Shown here: one piece after another, positions 22,278-32,000 of the stretch | How the letters are laid out: every line of letters begins with the position of its first letter | Numbering within the stretch: position 1 is the stretch's first letter | DNA from: Isochrysis galbana | Taxonomy: Eukaryota | Assembly (NCBI GenBank): GCA_018136815.1 | Contig: CM030935.1 | Location: 6,076,935 to 6,108,934, forward strand | Reading direction: 5' to 3' | Length of the DNA: 32,000 nt | The notes under the pieces: generated by a model | What the model was told of the DNA's origin: nothing | The model's database searches: none | What the model saw: only the letters and a program-made list of their open reading frames with translations | Position numbers and translations under genes: made by a program

Positions 22278-22428
22278 GGCACCGGGAGCCGGGAAAGGCC
22301 GGGGAGGGGTCTGGGGGCGGTGTAGAAGCGGCGTGGGTGGGGGGTCGGCTGAGCTGGGAAGAGGCGCGGGAGGAGGGAGGGGGTGGGGAGAGGGGCGGCG
22401 GCGGGAGGCCGCGCGAGTGAGCGAGCGA

Positions 22429-22492
22429 GCGAGAGAGGGAGAGAGAGAGGGAGGGGGAGGGAAGGAGAGAGAGAAAGAGAGAGAGAGGGAGG

Positions 22493-22538
<46 letters not shown>

Positions 22539-22560
22539 AGGAGAGAGAGGGGGGGCGGGA
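22429..22560. repeat. (GA)n polypurine tract upstream of the pentapeptide gene
   Basis: Direct reading. Confidence 0.9.
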
Positions 22561-22601
22561 GAGGGAGGGAGAGCGCGAGGACCCCGAGGCTCGCCGCGCC
22601 C

Positions 22602-22660
22602 CGCCCCCCTCGCCCCCCCTCGCCCCCTCTCGCCCCCTCTCGCCCCCTCTCGCCCCCCCC
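22602..22660. repeat. Tandem 10-bp CGCCCCCTCT repeats
   Basis: Consecutive units cgccccctct cgccccctct cgccccctct at 22621-22650 with degenerate flanking units. Confidence 0.8.
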
Positions 22661-22780
22661 CCACCCTCCAGGCGGACAGGCTCGAGAGAGAAAAGAAAAA
22701 AGGGGGGGGGGGGGGGGGGGGGGGGGCGGGGCGGGGCCGGGGGGGCCGACCCCGCCTGAGGCGAGAGGCGGGCCCACCCG

Positions 22781-23190
22781 CACGCACTAGAGATAGAATA
22801 AAGTACCCCTGTAGTCCTAGATGGGAAATACGTATTTACCGTTTTTGGCCAGAGGCCAAATACATATGTATTTGGCCGTATTTGAAGCGTGTCAAAGGAT
22901 TGTAGGCCTCGAATGTATTTGAAATGTATTTGGCCGGGAGCCAATTACATATGTATTTGGCTGTATTTGCAGGCCCCAGCACCATATTTCCCATCTAGGC
23001 CTGTAGTCCCCGAGTTTTAAGCCGGGAGGGGGGGGCTGGCTCGGCGGCCAACTAGAAAACTGTTGCCGCGAGGGGGTGGGGCACGTACTAGAGATAAAGT
23101 ACCCCTGTAGTCCCGAGTTTAAAGCCGGACGGGGGGGGGCGGGGGGGGCTGGCTCGGCGGCCAACTAGAAAACTGCCGCCGCGAGGGGGT
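22781..23190. repeat. Tandem duplication: unit 1 from 22781 to ~23081 (carries insertion), unit 2 from 23082 to ~23190 (no insertion)
   Basis: Both units share CACGyACTAGAGATA..AAAGTACCCCTGTAGT..CCCGAGTTTwAAGCCGG..GGCTGGCTCGGCGGCCAACTAGAAAACTG. Confidence 0.93.
22816..22999. mobile_element. 184-bp MITE: TIRs CCTAGATGGGAAATA, 8-bp TSD CCTGTAGT, internal 24-bp perfect palindrome
   Basis: TSDs at 22808-22815 and 23000-23007; empty site CCTGTAGT at 23104-23111 in the tandem copy; palindrome GGCCAAATACATATGTATTTGGCC at 22854-22877. Confidence 0.85.
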
Positions 23191-23285
23191 GGGGGGGGGT
23201 GGGGGGCTCCTCGGGTGGAGACCGCGGACTCAAGGCGAAGGCACCACAAAACAGTAGTAACAGCGGCGAGAGGAGAGGGGAAAAG

Positions 23286-23426
<141 letters not shown>

Positions 23427-23495
23427 AGCTCGCGAGAGGAGGCACTCAAAGCTTCTTTAATCTAAGAGGGCCATGTCTATCTACTCCGCCCTCGC

Positions 23496-23531
<36 letters not shown>

Positions 23532-23604
23532 CGAAGTCGAGCGAGTGGTGTGAGGCGCTCTCGGTGGCGCCAACTACTCCTTCGTGCCTACCCGCTCCTC
23601 GCCG

Positions 23605-25178
23605 ATGAGCTCGGCGAGCGGGATGGCGCGCGGGCAGAAGGAGAAGACAAGGCAGTTCTGCGTCTTCACTGGAGCCAGGTCCGCCGGCCATGCCACGCGC
23701 GAACCACACACAGCCTCGAATGCCAATGCACGGCCGCCGCTCTCTCTCTCTCCACCGCTCTCTCCCTCTCTTCCCTCCCCCTCCCTTTCTCCCTCTTCAT
23801 CCTGCCCCCCGCTCTCCTCTCTCCGTCTCTCGATCGCTCTCGCTCGACCCCCACTCTCCTCCCTTCAAGACGTCCTGCGCCGCCGGCCTGCCGCTCTCTC
23901 AACTCCCTCTCTCCACTATGAATGCAGTGAGCGGGTGGCCATCTCAATGCTCAAGCGCACCGACTGGCATTTGGAATCAGCAGTAGACACCTTCTTCTCA
24001 GCGAGCGGTGGCGGCGGATTCTCTGCCGGACCAAGGGTGGACACGGCCAAGATCGGGAAGCTGTTTGACAGCTACAGGGGTGCGCTCCTTAGGTGTCCCG
24101 AGTTCTTCCCGGTCTCTTGCTTGCCCTACGATCTGGAGGCATTGACGTCTGAGCCCGTCGTGCCGCTGCAGATGAGGGTGAAGAGGACATCGGGATATCG
24201 GGACTAGAGCGTTTCTGCAGCGATCTGGGTGTGGAACCGACCGACGTCATCATGCTCCTCATAGCTTGGCGGGTGTGCCAGATCACTCTTCTCCACTGGC
24301 ACGTGCACTTGCAGTGGTCTCATGCCCCCATGCGGACTTCCCGTTGCGCAGATGAAAGCGGCCACTATGTGCGTCTTCACGCGTGACGAGTGGATTCGAG
24401 GATTCTCGGCAGTGGGCGCGGACACCATCGACAAGATGAAGGCCGCGTTCCCTGCCCTGCGTGCTCAGCTTGATGAACCCACCGCTTTTCGTGACTTTTA
24501 CGGCTTTTGCTTCGGCTTCGCCAAAGACCCTAGCTTTGGCGTGCGAACATTGCCGATGGACGTCGCCTCTCAGATGTGGCAGCTCATTCTCGGTCAGCGC
24601 TTCAAATACCTTGACGCGTGGCTTGAGTTCTGTGAGGTGAGTCCGGGTGTGGAAGCTATCGTCCTTGATAGCTCCTTCCGCAAGTTCGATGTACAGTACT
24701 TCAGCTGCTTAAGGGTCCCGCCGAAGTTCTTGAACTGTCCACTGTCCCGATACGCAAACTCACCATGGAGCCATTCCGTACTGAATGACAGATCAAGCAG
24801 GTGAAAGCTGTGACGAAGGATGTGTGGGACATGCTGTTGACTTTCAGCACCTCAATCAATGACGACATGTCCAACTTCGATGAGGATGGGGCTTGGCCGG
24901 TGTGCTAGCCCCGAGAGGATTCGTGTACACATGGGCGGGCGCCACCAGCATGTGAAGATATGGACAAACCTGCTGACTCGGCCTCGCTCTAGCGGAGCAC
25001 AATCCTCTTTTGACCCAGCATGAAAGATATGGAGAGTCCTGCTGACTCGACCTCGGTCGAGTGGAGCGGAATCCTTTTTTGACCTCTCCGCTAGCTGCTG
25101 ACCCGCCGTGCCACGGATGCGTCTCAGGTTTTGTTGGACGAGTTCGTCGAGTGGTGGCACGAGAAGAAGGTGGCTTAA
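23605..25178 (+). CDS. DCN1: DCN1-like (defective in cullin neddylation) protein, 253 aa; join(23605..23678,23928..24079,24172..24272,24352..24636,24801..24899,25128..25178)
   Basis: UBA-like KEKTRQFCVFTGASERVAISMLKRTDWHLESAVDTFFS; then DEGEEDIGISGLERFCSDLGVEPTDVIMLLIAWRMKAATMCVFTRDEWIRGFSAVGADTIDKMKAAFPALRAQLDEPTAFRDFYGFCFGFAKDPS..VASQMWQLILGQRFKYLDAWLEFCE; VKAVTKDVWDMLLTFSTSINDDMSNFDEDGAWP; VLLDEFVEWWHEKKVA*. Every junction is GT-AG and the total of 762 nt is in frame. Confidence 0.93.
24949..25088. repeat. 70-bp tandem duplication inside the last DCN1-like intron
   Basis: CATGtgAAGATATGGACAAACCTGCTGACTCGGCCTCG... (24949) and CATGaaAGATATGGAGAGTCCTGCTGACTCGACCTCG... (25019). Confidence 0.85.
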
Positions 25179-26999
25179 CGTATCAACGAACGACGGTCGT
25201 TGCGATGGAGGAATATCTTTGCGATCGACGTGATGGTCGTATCCTTTATCCTTGAGAACATGGTGTTACTCGTTTGTAGGCGCTTCCCCCTCCGTTCACT
25301 CAACACTCAGCAGTCTGCCTAGTAAAACGGCTTATAGTGCAAAGGTGACAACACTTGAAGATCGCGTATGGTGGCCACGAGCTTTGGTGCCGTGCGGTGC
25401 CGTTGATGGTGGTATTGTCATCAGCATGGATGGGCCGTCCTTCCAACATATTGGACAAACCCAGGCTATTCGGTGCCCTCGCTGCCTTTGGAACCCATCA
25501 TTACTTACGAATGCTTTCTAGCGCCAGCATCGGTATTGCATTCGCAATGTAGCCACATTTGCATCGCGTGTTTTCTCGACGTGATGTGCCTAGAAGATAA
25601 AACTCTGTGGGGACACCGTCCACGAGTTTCTCGCGAGGTGTGCATTGTTCTCTTCGCACGAGTCGATCCTGGCAAGAGTCTTGATCTCGCTGGGGTTCTT
25701 CTTGAGTATTTCGTATTTCGCCTCGCGCACGCACAGCTACCAGCGCTGACTCTACCGATACTTCCTTCCATGTCCCCAGTCGCTTAGTATCGATGAGAGT
25801 TTTATGGCAAGCAGATTGTGGGTGGAGCCCACAAGGGCCAATGCGTGGCCGGCGATGTGAGGTCTGCGTGGAACGAGCGTGAGAGGCCGCACTTTAGGCC
25901 CGTTTTTTTTTGGCCGGTGCCAAGTAAACACACACAAAAAAATCTGATGACTAAAGATTCAGGGCTGCACGCTACACATGCTGGTAAGTAGGAGAAACAC
26001 AAGAAATAGAAAAAAAGACGAAAAATGAGAAAATACCCCATGAGGGATGCCCCCGGGCAAGACCAAAAGCGCTCAATTATCCCCATCCCTGCTAACGCAC
26101 CTTTCGTTGTCACCTGGAGGTTACTTGACTCAACTTGACACTTCACATGTTGAAACACACACGTGGTCTGACTCCATTCACTCGATTTGGGGCAGGGTCG
26201 ATATCTCGTTGAAATCTCACGATCCACGTCTCACACCAAAGAGCACTGATGAGTGTAGCTGTATGTCCACACCAAAGAGCGCCACCGACCGCGTAAAAAG
26301 CAGACAACAAGTTTCGTCACAGGTCTACATGGAGGGCCACCAGCCCCCCCCCCCCCCTACACGCGAGGCCCAAAGTAGTAGTGCACATGGGCCGACCCCC
26401 CGATACCGAACAAAAAGGACGCTGAAGGCGTGAGAGATCGTGGCGGAAGGCGTGGCGGTCGGCGGGAAAAGAGAAAAGAAAAGCGAAGATACGGGAGAGG
26501 GGCACGGAAACACTCAAGGGAGTAAACAGGGCGGGGTGGGTAAGAAACAAGGAAGGGGGGCCTAGGGACTGTGCCGGGAAGATGGGGGAGGTCTCCCCCG
26601 CGGCCCCGGGGCAGCGGTCCTCGGGAATACCAAGAGGGGGGGGGGGGGGGGAGAAAGGAAGGGGGCCGCTGACGGCGGGCCTTCGGCCGAAACGGACCTT
26701 CGGGGCATCCCGGCGAGGGAGAGGGGGAAACTAGTCCACTCGGCGCGCGGGGACGGACTCCCCCTACCGGCAACAACACACGTAGCGCAATCAACAGCGT
26801 ATAAATCCTTAATAGAGCCTAACTAAGCACCTATTTGCCTGCATGAAATCCCAACCCATTTAAAAGAACAAAAGAGAAAGCGATGGCAAACCAACCAAAT
26901 GTCAAGTGCCAACTGCCGCCTCCCGGCCCTCTTTGCTCTCTAACCGGAGGCATTAGTGGACGCACGAAAGGTGTACTATTGCGATTTCTTTGCACCAAC

Positions 27000-29144
27000 T
27001 CAAAGCTCGTCATGGGTAGCCTGACTTTGTGTCGTTAGATCGGCGCTACAACTATCCAAGACGCTTCGCACCTGGTGCAAGGTTGGGGTTTGTCGATCCT
27101 CATTGGCGAGTCTGCCGAACGTGACGCCTAGTGCGTCCGCGGAGTCTGTTTCGTCATACCGCGCAAGCGTGGCCTCCCGACTGAACCACAAGTTGACGCC
27201 AAGGTGGAAACCAAGATCCGGGTCTGCCTCGGAAAAAACGTGGTGGTGATGGCCGCGGGGGAGATACAAGCAATCGCCGGCATGGATCTCCGCGTACGTG
27301 TGCTCAGCCAAGGCGAGCACAACATCAGGATATGCGCCCAGATCTAGCGCCGCGAAATTAATGCCACCTGTGTTGTTGGACACAATCCCTGTGTCATAAT
27401 GACGGCCCATGCCGCGCTTAGGATGGTATTTGGCCTGCCAATCGGCGCGCAAATTGTAGTAAAGCCACTTGCCCGTGTGGGGCGGGAAGAGGAGGACGTG
27501 CTTGGTGCCTACAACACGCGGCGCGCAATACGTCGACGAGAGATTCATTGTGAGCAACGAGCGCTTGCACGGAAGCCAAGGTAGCCTATATACCCCCAAT
27601 GTGAATACCCAAGTGTGCTCCCCATACGTATGGACGCGGGCGCACCGTGAATAAGACAGAGGAAGTTATCTTGTGGATCGTTGTGGAGCGTGTTGCGGAA
27701 TAGACCGTCACCGAGCCACACGTTGAGGTCGTGGATGCGGAGCCTCTCCATCCAGCTAACAGGAATTGTGACGTCCTGCAGTAAGCGCGGCATTGACCAT
27801 AGCGTCGCCTGTGCCGGGAGGTGCACGCCATCAGGCTCACGCACTAAAGCTGGCGCCTCGTGCGTGTAGGACTGGGTGAATGTCTCTGCCGATGGGGCGG
27901 CGCGATAACAATTGTGCAGTGACACAGAGCACATACACAAACAGTAGATGTGGGAGTCAAAGCGCATGTGGTATGCATAGACTTGCCTGGCGCGTGTAGA
28001 GAGCTAGGCCATCGCGCAACTCCACCTTGCGGTGTAGGTGTTGGACCAAGTCAGCAAGACGAACTGTGGAGTGAGGCGGCCGGATCATCTTGTCCTCGCG
28101 TACTTCAAATTCATTGCGATCTGGCACTATCGTCACATCCACTAGGTCATTTCCGCCCTCCCTCTCTGCCGACAAATGCTTCACCGTCCAAGCAATGTTC
28201 GGCTGCCACTCACTTGCCGCTTGACGTAAGACGACCGGCAATGCCGTCTCGATGATGCGCCGGATTTCAGCTTGCGCCGAGGCTGGGTCGGCTGCCAGCT
28301 TGACCTCCGCAGCGAGGGGTGTGCGAAAGCGCTCGGCCCACCCCCCTTGCTCCGAACCCCCTGATGATTCGCTCACTGGCACGCCTCGATGAACCCTGTC
28401 GAGCGCTTCACTCAATCCGGCGATGCAGGAGCGCTCGATACACTTAGCCGGAGCCGTGTCGGACACATTGCGCAGGACTTCAGCCCAGTCCGCGATCAGC
28501 GCCTCCTTGGCCGGGTCGAGAAAGTGCTGCCGCCCCGTCCGCCAAATACAGCCCGCCTCTAGCTTGCGTCCCTGCATGAGCAAGTTGTTGAAGAGCAATG
28601 GCATAGCGACTATGGGGGCGACCGAGGATACGCGGCGCAACATGCGCTCAGCGTCGGCCCAACGATGATTATTCATAAGGAGATGATAGAGACTGCGCAT
28701 TGCCGACTCGTGATCTGGCGTGATGACGAGTGCTTTGCGAAGGAGCTCCTCGCGCTCCGCCTCATGCGTATGCGTGGCGCCGAGCGCATGTGCGAGTGTG
28801 ACAAGCCATTCGCTCGACGGCTCGCCCAGCTCTATGGCTCTACGGAGAGAGGCCTGCGCGGCATCAGGCTGTCTACTGCGCAGGTAGGCGACACCCAACT
28901 CGTACTGCAGCCCCGCCTCCGCTGGCGCTAGCTCAACAGCACGCTCGAGGCTCTCCGCAGCGGCTCGGTGGAACTTGTGCTCGGCGTACGCAGCCGCGAG
29001 TGCCGCGTGGGCGTGCGCATCACGCGGCGCGCGCTCAAGAGCAGCGCGCAGATCTGCTGTCGCCTTCTCCACCGCCCGCTGCTTCTCCGCCGTCGGCTGC
29101 ACCAGCGGCGCGAGCAGCGCCAGTACGAGCACGCCTGCCGTCAT
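27000..29144 (-). CDS. TPR + JmjC/cupin_8 2-oxoglutarate oxygenase, ER-targeted candidate; complement(join(27000..27508,27646..27808,27987..29144)), 609 aa
   Basis: N-terminus MTAGVLVLALLAPLVQPTA (signal-like); TPRs AHAALAAAYAEHKFHRAAAESLERAVELAPAEAGLQYELGVAYLRSRQPDAAQASLRRAIELG; spliced LYTRQATLWSMPRLLQDVTIPVSWMERLRIHDLNVWLGDGLFRNTLHNDPQDNFLCLIHGTKHVLLFPP; GDCLYLPRGHHHHVFSEADPDLGFHLGVNLWFS; C-terminus QATHDEL*. Junctions: CAG|GCAAGT..CAG and CACG|GTGCG..TAG. Lengths sum to 610 codons including stop. Confidence 0.87.
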
Positions 29145-29649
29145 CTCACCGACGGGCGCCGCCGCCGTGTCGTCGGCAGTGGGGTGCCCCTACCCATGAG
29201 GTCTTTTGTCCGGGGAGGTGAACAAAATAGCACCTCTGTACCTTCCCTGTCTGGGTCGGGGGCGCGACTTTCGAAGGTCGCGTTCCGTCGAAAGAATATC
29301 TAGGAGTAGAGGCTAGAGCTTCTAATTGAGCAACGTTTTTCGTAAACTGTTATAAAAATGGACTGAAACGTGTTAGGAGGCTCAAAGAGGCATTGGGGGC
29401 ATGGCCCATACACCCTCTGCGCCGAGCACAAAAGCAATCGCCGATTCATCACCTGAACAAAAAGTTGTGTTGAAATTGTGCACGCACGACATTCGATAGA
29501 CCAGCAAGCTTCTCTCTCAGCACACTACTCACTGCTCCGAGTCATCATGGAGACAAGCCCCGGCCTCCCCTGCTGCTTCTAGCGCGTGATCAGCGCTAGA
29601 GCCGGGCTCACAAGCATTGGCACTGCCCCTGCGCGTTGCCACACACTCC

Positions 29650-29913
29650 CTAACCTTGCACAATCAATCCGCGTTTCGGTCCACACTTTGGGCAACGCTT
29701 CCATCCCGACCACGGGCACGGGACAACGCCACAAGCGCACGCGAACTCACACACCGAAAGTGCGGCTTCTCGCGCCCGGGCGCGTTCGGAGTCGTCATGC
29801 TCACGCTCCATGCGCGCCTTCTTCGTCTTTTGCTGCACCAATGCTGCCGCGCATCTTCTTCTTCCTTGTTTGTCCCTCTTCGCCTTCTCAGCCTTTAGGT
29901 CGCGAAGAGTCAC
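29650..29913 (-). CDS. Small ORF with zinc-ribbon-like cysteines (CACGVVPCPWSGWKRCPKCGPKRG); function unknown
   Basis: Cysteine spacing only. Confidence 0.25.
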   Translation of the reverse strand: MTLRDLKAEKAKRDKQGRRRCAAALVQQKTKKARMEREHDDSERARAREAALSVCEFACACGVVPCPWSGWKRCPKCGPKRGLIVQG

Positions 29914-30365
29914 CGAGCCGGACAGCTCGAACAGACGCGCGCGCTTCCGTGGCCCACCGGCGGCATCGGCGACATCATCGCCTTGTGTTGCCTTGTCGCA
30001 TCCAGAGTATTTTATATACTCTAGGCGGATGCGGTGCTTCTATCAATGTGTAGTGTGTGAGAAAATTGAGTGAGTTTTGTTTTTGCCAATGAGTTGCGTC
30101 GAAGCTCCGCCGCATTGCACGCCGCATTTGTTCGTTTGTCCTTATTTGTTTCGTTGGTTTGTTGGTTTGTTTGTGCGATGTTGCGTTAGCGTTAGTTTTC
30201 TCGGAGTTTTCTTGTTGGTGAGTGAGTGAGATGTGGGGTGGTGTCTTGTGGGCCTTCGTCGCGATGTAGCGCGCCCTTTCCCTCTCTCTCAAGACTTCTC
30301 TACACTCCATGCCCTCCTAGCCCCGCTGAGACTCTGATAGGGCGTGGAATTACCCCCCAAGAGCG

Positions 30366-30480
30366 CTATCTAGATAGAAGTAGATAGTGCCAAATTGCTA
30401 TCTAGTTAGATATAGATAGTGCCCGGCGCTATCTAGTTAGATGTAGATAGTTGAGTTTCCGGCCTAGATATCTAGATATC
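30366..30480. promoter_or_regulatory. Candidate 5' promoter modules of LINE-like element: three CTATCTAG..TAGATAG units (30366, 30398, 30429) and 14-bp palindrome GATATCTAGATATC (30467-30480)
   Basis: Direct reading; immediately upstream of CTAAGTTTATACTT shared with the left copy. Confidence 0.6.
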
Positions 30481-30513
30481 CTGGACATCGAACTAAGTTT
30501 ATACTTGGTCGCC

Positions 30514-30630
30514 ATGGAGCGCGCCGCCGCTCCCCACCTCTCCTTCGGGCACCCCGCCGCGGGCGCCCCTCCAGCACCCATGGAGCTGTCGCTGGCGAAG
30601 CGACCGCGTCCGCCCGCAGAGGCCGAGCAG
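30514..30630 (+). other. Putative first exon/5' module (MERAAAPHLSFGHPAAGAPPAPMELSLAKRPRPPAEAEQ), followed by GTGAGC
   Basis: Same-length homologue of 5374-5490; ends AG|GTGAG, a consensus splice donor. Confidence 0.5.
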
Positions 30631-31005
30631 GTGAGCGCGACCCCGGTCGCGCCGCACGGCCCGTGGCCCCGGCCACACCAGCCACTGCAGCCATGCTGGC
30701 CCTCCCCATGGTGGGCCACAAGCTGTAGAATACAGAGGACCAGAATCACACAAGACGAACAACACAGCCACCAGGCATGCCTTATGGCAGAGGCCTCTCC
30801 CACCCTAGGGACGGCCGCGCTGCCCCGGCAGCGCGGCCCGAGACCGGGTGGCCCTTATGGGCACAAATCCAACACAAACAGCAAAACGCACAATGGCACT
30901 GATCCCCCAACACCACAGCACATGACCACACAAAAGGGAGTCTGCTTGGGTGCGCCTAGAGGCGCACACCACACTTCTCTGCCACACGCTCGATCGGACC
31001 CACCC

Positions 31006-32000
31006 ATGGCCTCACATACCCCGACCTCCCCTGCCACTCAGGAGCCGCCCTCAGATGAGGAGCAAGGCTACACTGAGTCGGACGCAACATACGAGCTGTC
31101 CTTTCACCAGGAGGGAGACTACACCTTTCAGGACGCCACCGTCTACGCCGCGATCGTAGAGCTCCTCTTGGAGCTCGAAGGAGTCGACCCGGAGCCGGAC
31201 TTCTGGGCCCGGTCCATCCGCGGGCCATGGCACATCGCCGTGAACGAGGACTGCGCTCAACAATTCAAAGAGCGCTACGGTGACAACACTACCCTCCGCA
31301 TCATCCAAACCGACATCCCTGTCCGCGTAAAAGTTGAAGCAATCGATGAGAAAATCAACAAGAAAGGCTCCACTTCTCGCAAAGCCCTCTACAACGCCCT
31401 CCAAGACGTCGCGGCGCACCTAGTCGTCGAGGCAGACGGCCTGGCGCAAGCGGCCCAAATCAATCTTAGCGCGCTCATCCTTGCGATCGAAAAGGTTGGG
31501 CTGACCTTTCCGAAAGGCAACCGAGAGCGCATGAAGCTCGAAGGCGGAGCAGGCACCTTTGTGTCTAAGGCGGCCTACTCGACCCGTTGGCATCTTTATG
31601 TTTCGGCGGGCCAAGGATCATTTCTTGACGGAAACTTTCCTCGCAAGCTCCTACTACAGATAGAAGGCAAGACAGTCCCGGTGAATTACGCCATTCGGGC
31701 ATGCAAGGAGATCAAAATGCCGGAGTCCATTCAATCCCCCCACAAACTCATGGTCCACGGCAGCCTACGCGGATGCAAGGGCTGGCGGCCGGAAGTGGTT
31801 AAGGGCCTCCTAAGCTCGATTCGCGTATGCGAATGCGAACAAGAAGCGGCGAAGCGCCGCGAGCGCAACGAGGCGCAGAGGCTCAACCCTCGCCCGAAAT
31901 CGGCGCACGAGGCTCTTGGCAAGGGCCCCCCTAAGCAATGTGCGCGCTTCACCCAAGGCCTATGCCTCAGGAACAAACGAGGCGTGCGATGCAATCTCTC
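31006..32000 (+). CDS. Long ORF (>=331 codons) open at the window edge; putative first ORF of the LINE-like element, ending here in a Cys-rich stretch
   Basis: ATG at 31006, MASHTPTSPATQEPPSDEEQGYTESDATYELSFHQEGDYTFQDATVYAAIVELLLELEGVDPEPDFWARSIRGPWHIAVNEDCAQQFKERYGDNTTLRI...KQCARFTQGLCLRNKRGVRCNL, no stop. Missing from the ORF track, presumably because it is unterminated. Confidence 0.7.
   Translation, partial: MASHTPTSPATQEPPSDEEQGYTESDATYELSFHQEGDYTFQDATVYAAIVELLLELEGVDPEPDFWARSIRGPWHIAVNEDCAQQFKERYGDNTTLRIIQTDIPVRVKVEAIDEKINKKGSTSRKALYNALQDVAAHLVVEADGLAQAAQINLSALILAIEKVGLTFPKGNRERMKLEGGAGTFVSKAAYSTRWHLYVSAGQGSFLDGNFPRKLLLQIEGKTVPVNYAIRACKEIKMPESIQSPHKLMVHGSLRGCKGWRPEVVKGLLSSIRVCECEQEAAKRRERNEAQRLNPRPKSAHEALGKGPPKQCARFTQGLCLRNKRGVRCNL

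Noticed and set aside
23498-23604. ATG at 23472 with (CT)n-encoded hydrophobic leader for the DCN1-like protein
   Set aside because: The 23472 frame reads (Leu-Ser)n from a microsatellite; an ATG at 23605 gives a typical length and N-terminus. True start still needs 5' evidence.
25250-25790. Short ORFs downstream of the DCN1-like gene
   Set aside because: Short, overlapping on both strands, no domain signatures.

Overview
Eukaryotic, gene-dense nuclear-type sequence with introns. A near-verbatim resemblance (from memory) of one gene to the Isochrysis galbana C18 delta-9 elongase suggests a haptophyte. Supported content, left to right: (1) 3' part of a Ty3/gypsy-type pol (protease tail-RT-RNase H), open to the left edge, with no recognisable integrase; (2) an internally deleted LINE-like element whose 5' module recurs at the right end of the window, where it precedes a long ORF that runs off the window and is absent from the ORF track; (3) a hAT transposase C-terminal fragment plus terminal-repeat-like sequences; (4) a Sec7-PH ARF-GEF; (5) a three-exon delta-9 PUFA elongase; (6) a multi-exon acyl desaturase; (7) an LRR gene followed in the same frame, after one TGA, by ankyrin repeats that then frameshift; (8) a second LRR gene; (9) a pentapeptide-repeat protein; (10) a tandem duplication holding both the filled and empty site of a 184-bp palindromic MITE with 8-bp TSDs; (11) a complete six-exon DCN1-like gene; (12) a TPR-JmjC/cupin_8 gene with a signal-peptide-like N-terminus and a C-terminal HDEL, joined through an apparent GC-AG intron. 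Long (GA)n/poly-G tracts precede five of the host genes. The TPR-JmjC-HDEL protein is the most novel-looking protein. The MITE filled/empty pair and the LINE 5' modules are the most informative DNA structures. All family calls come from recalled motifs; no searches were run.
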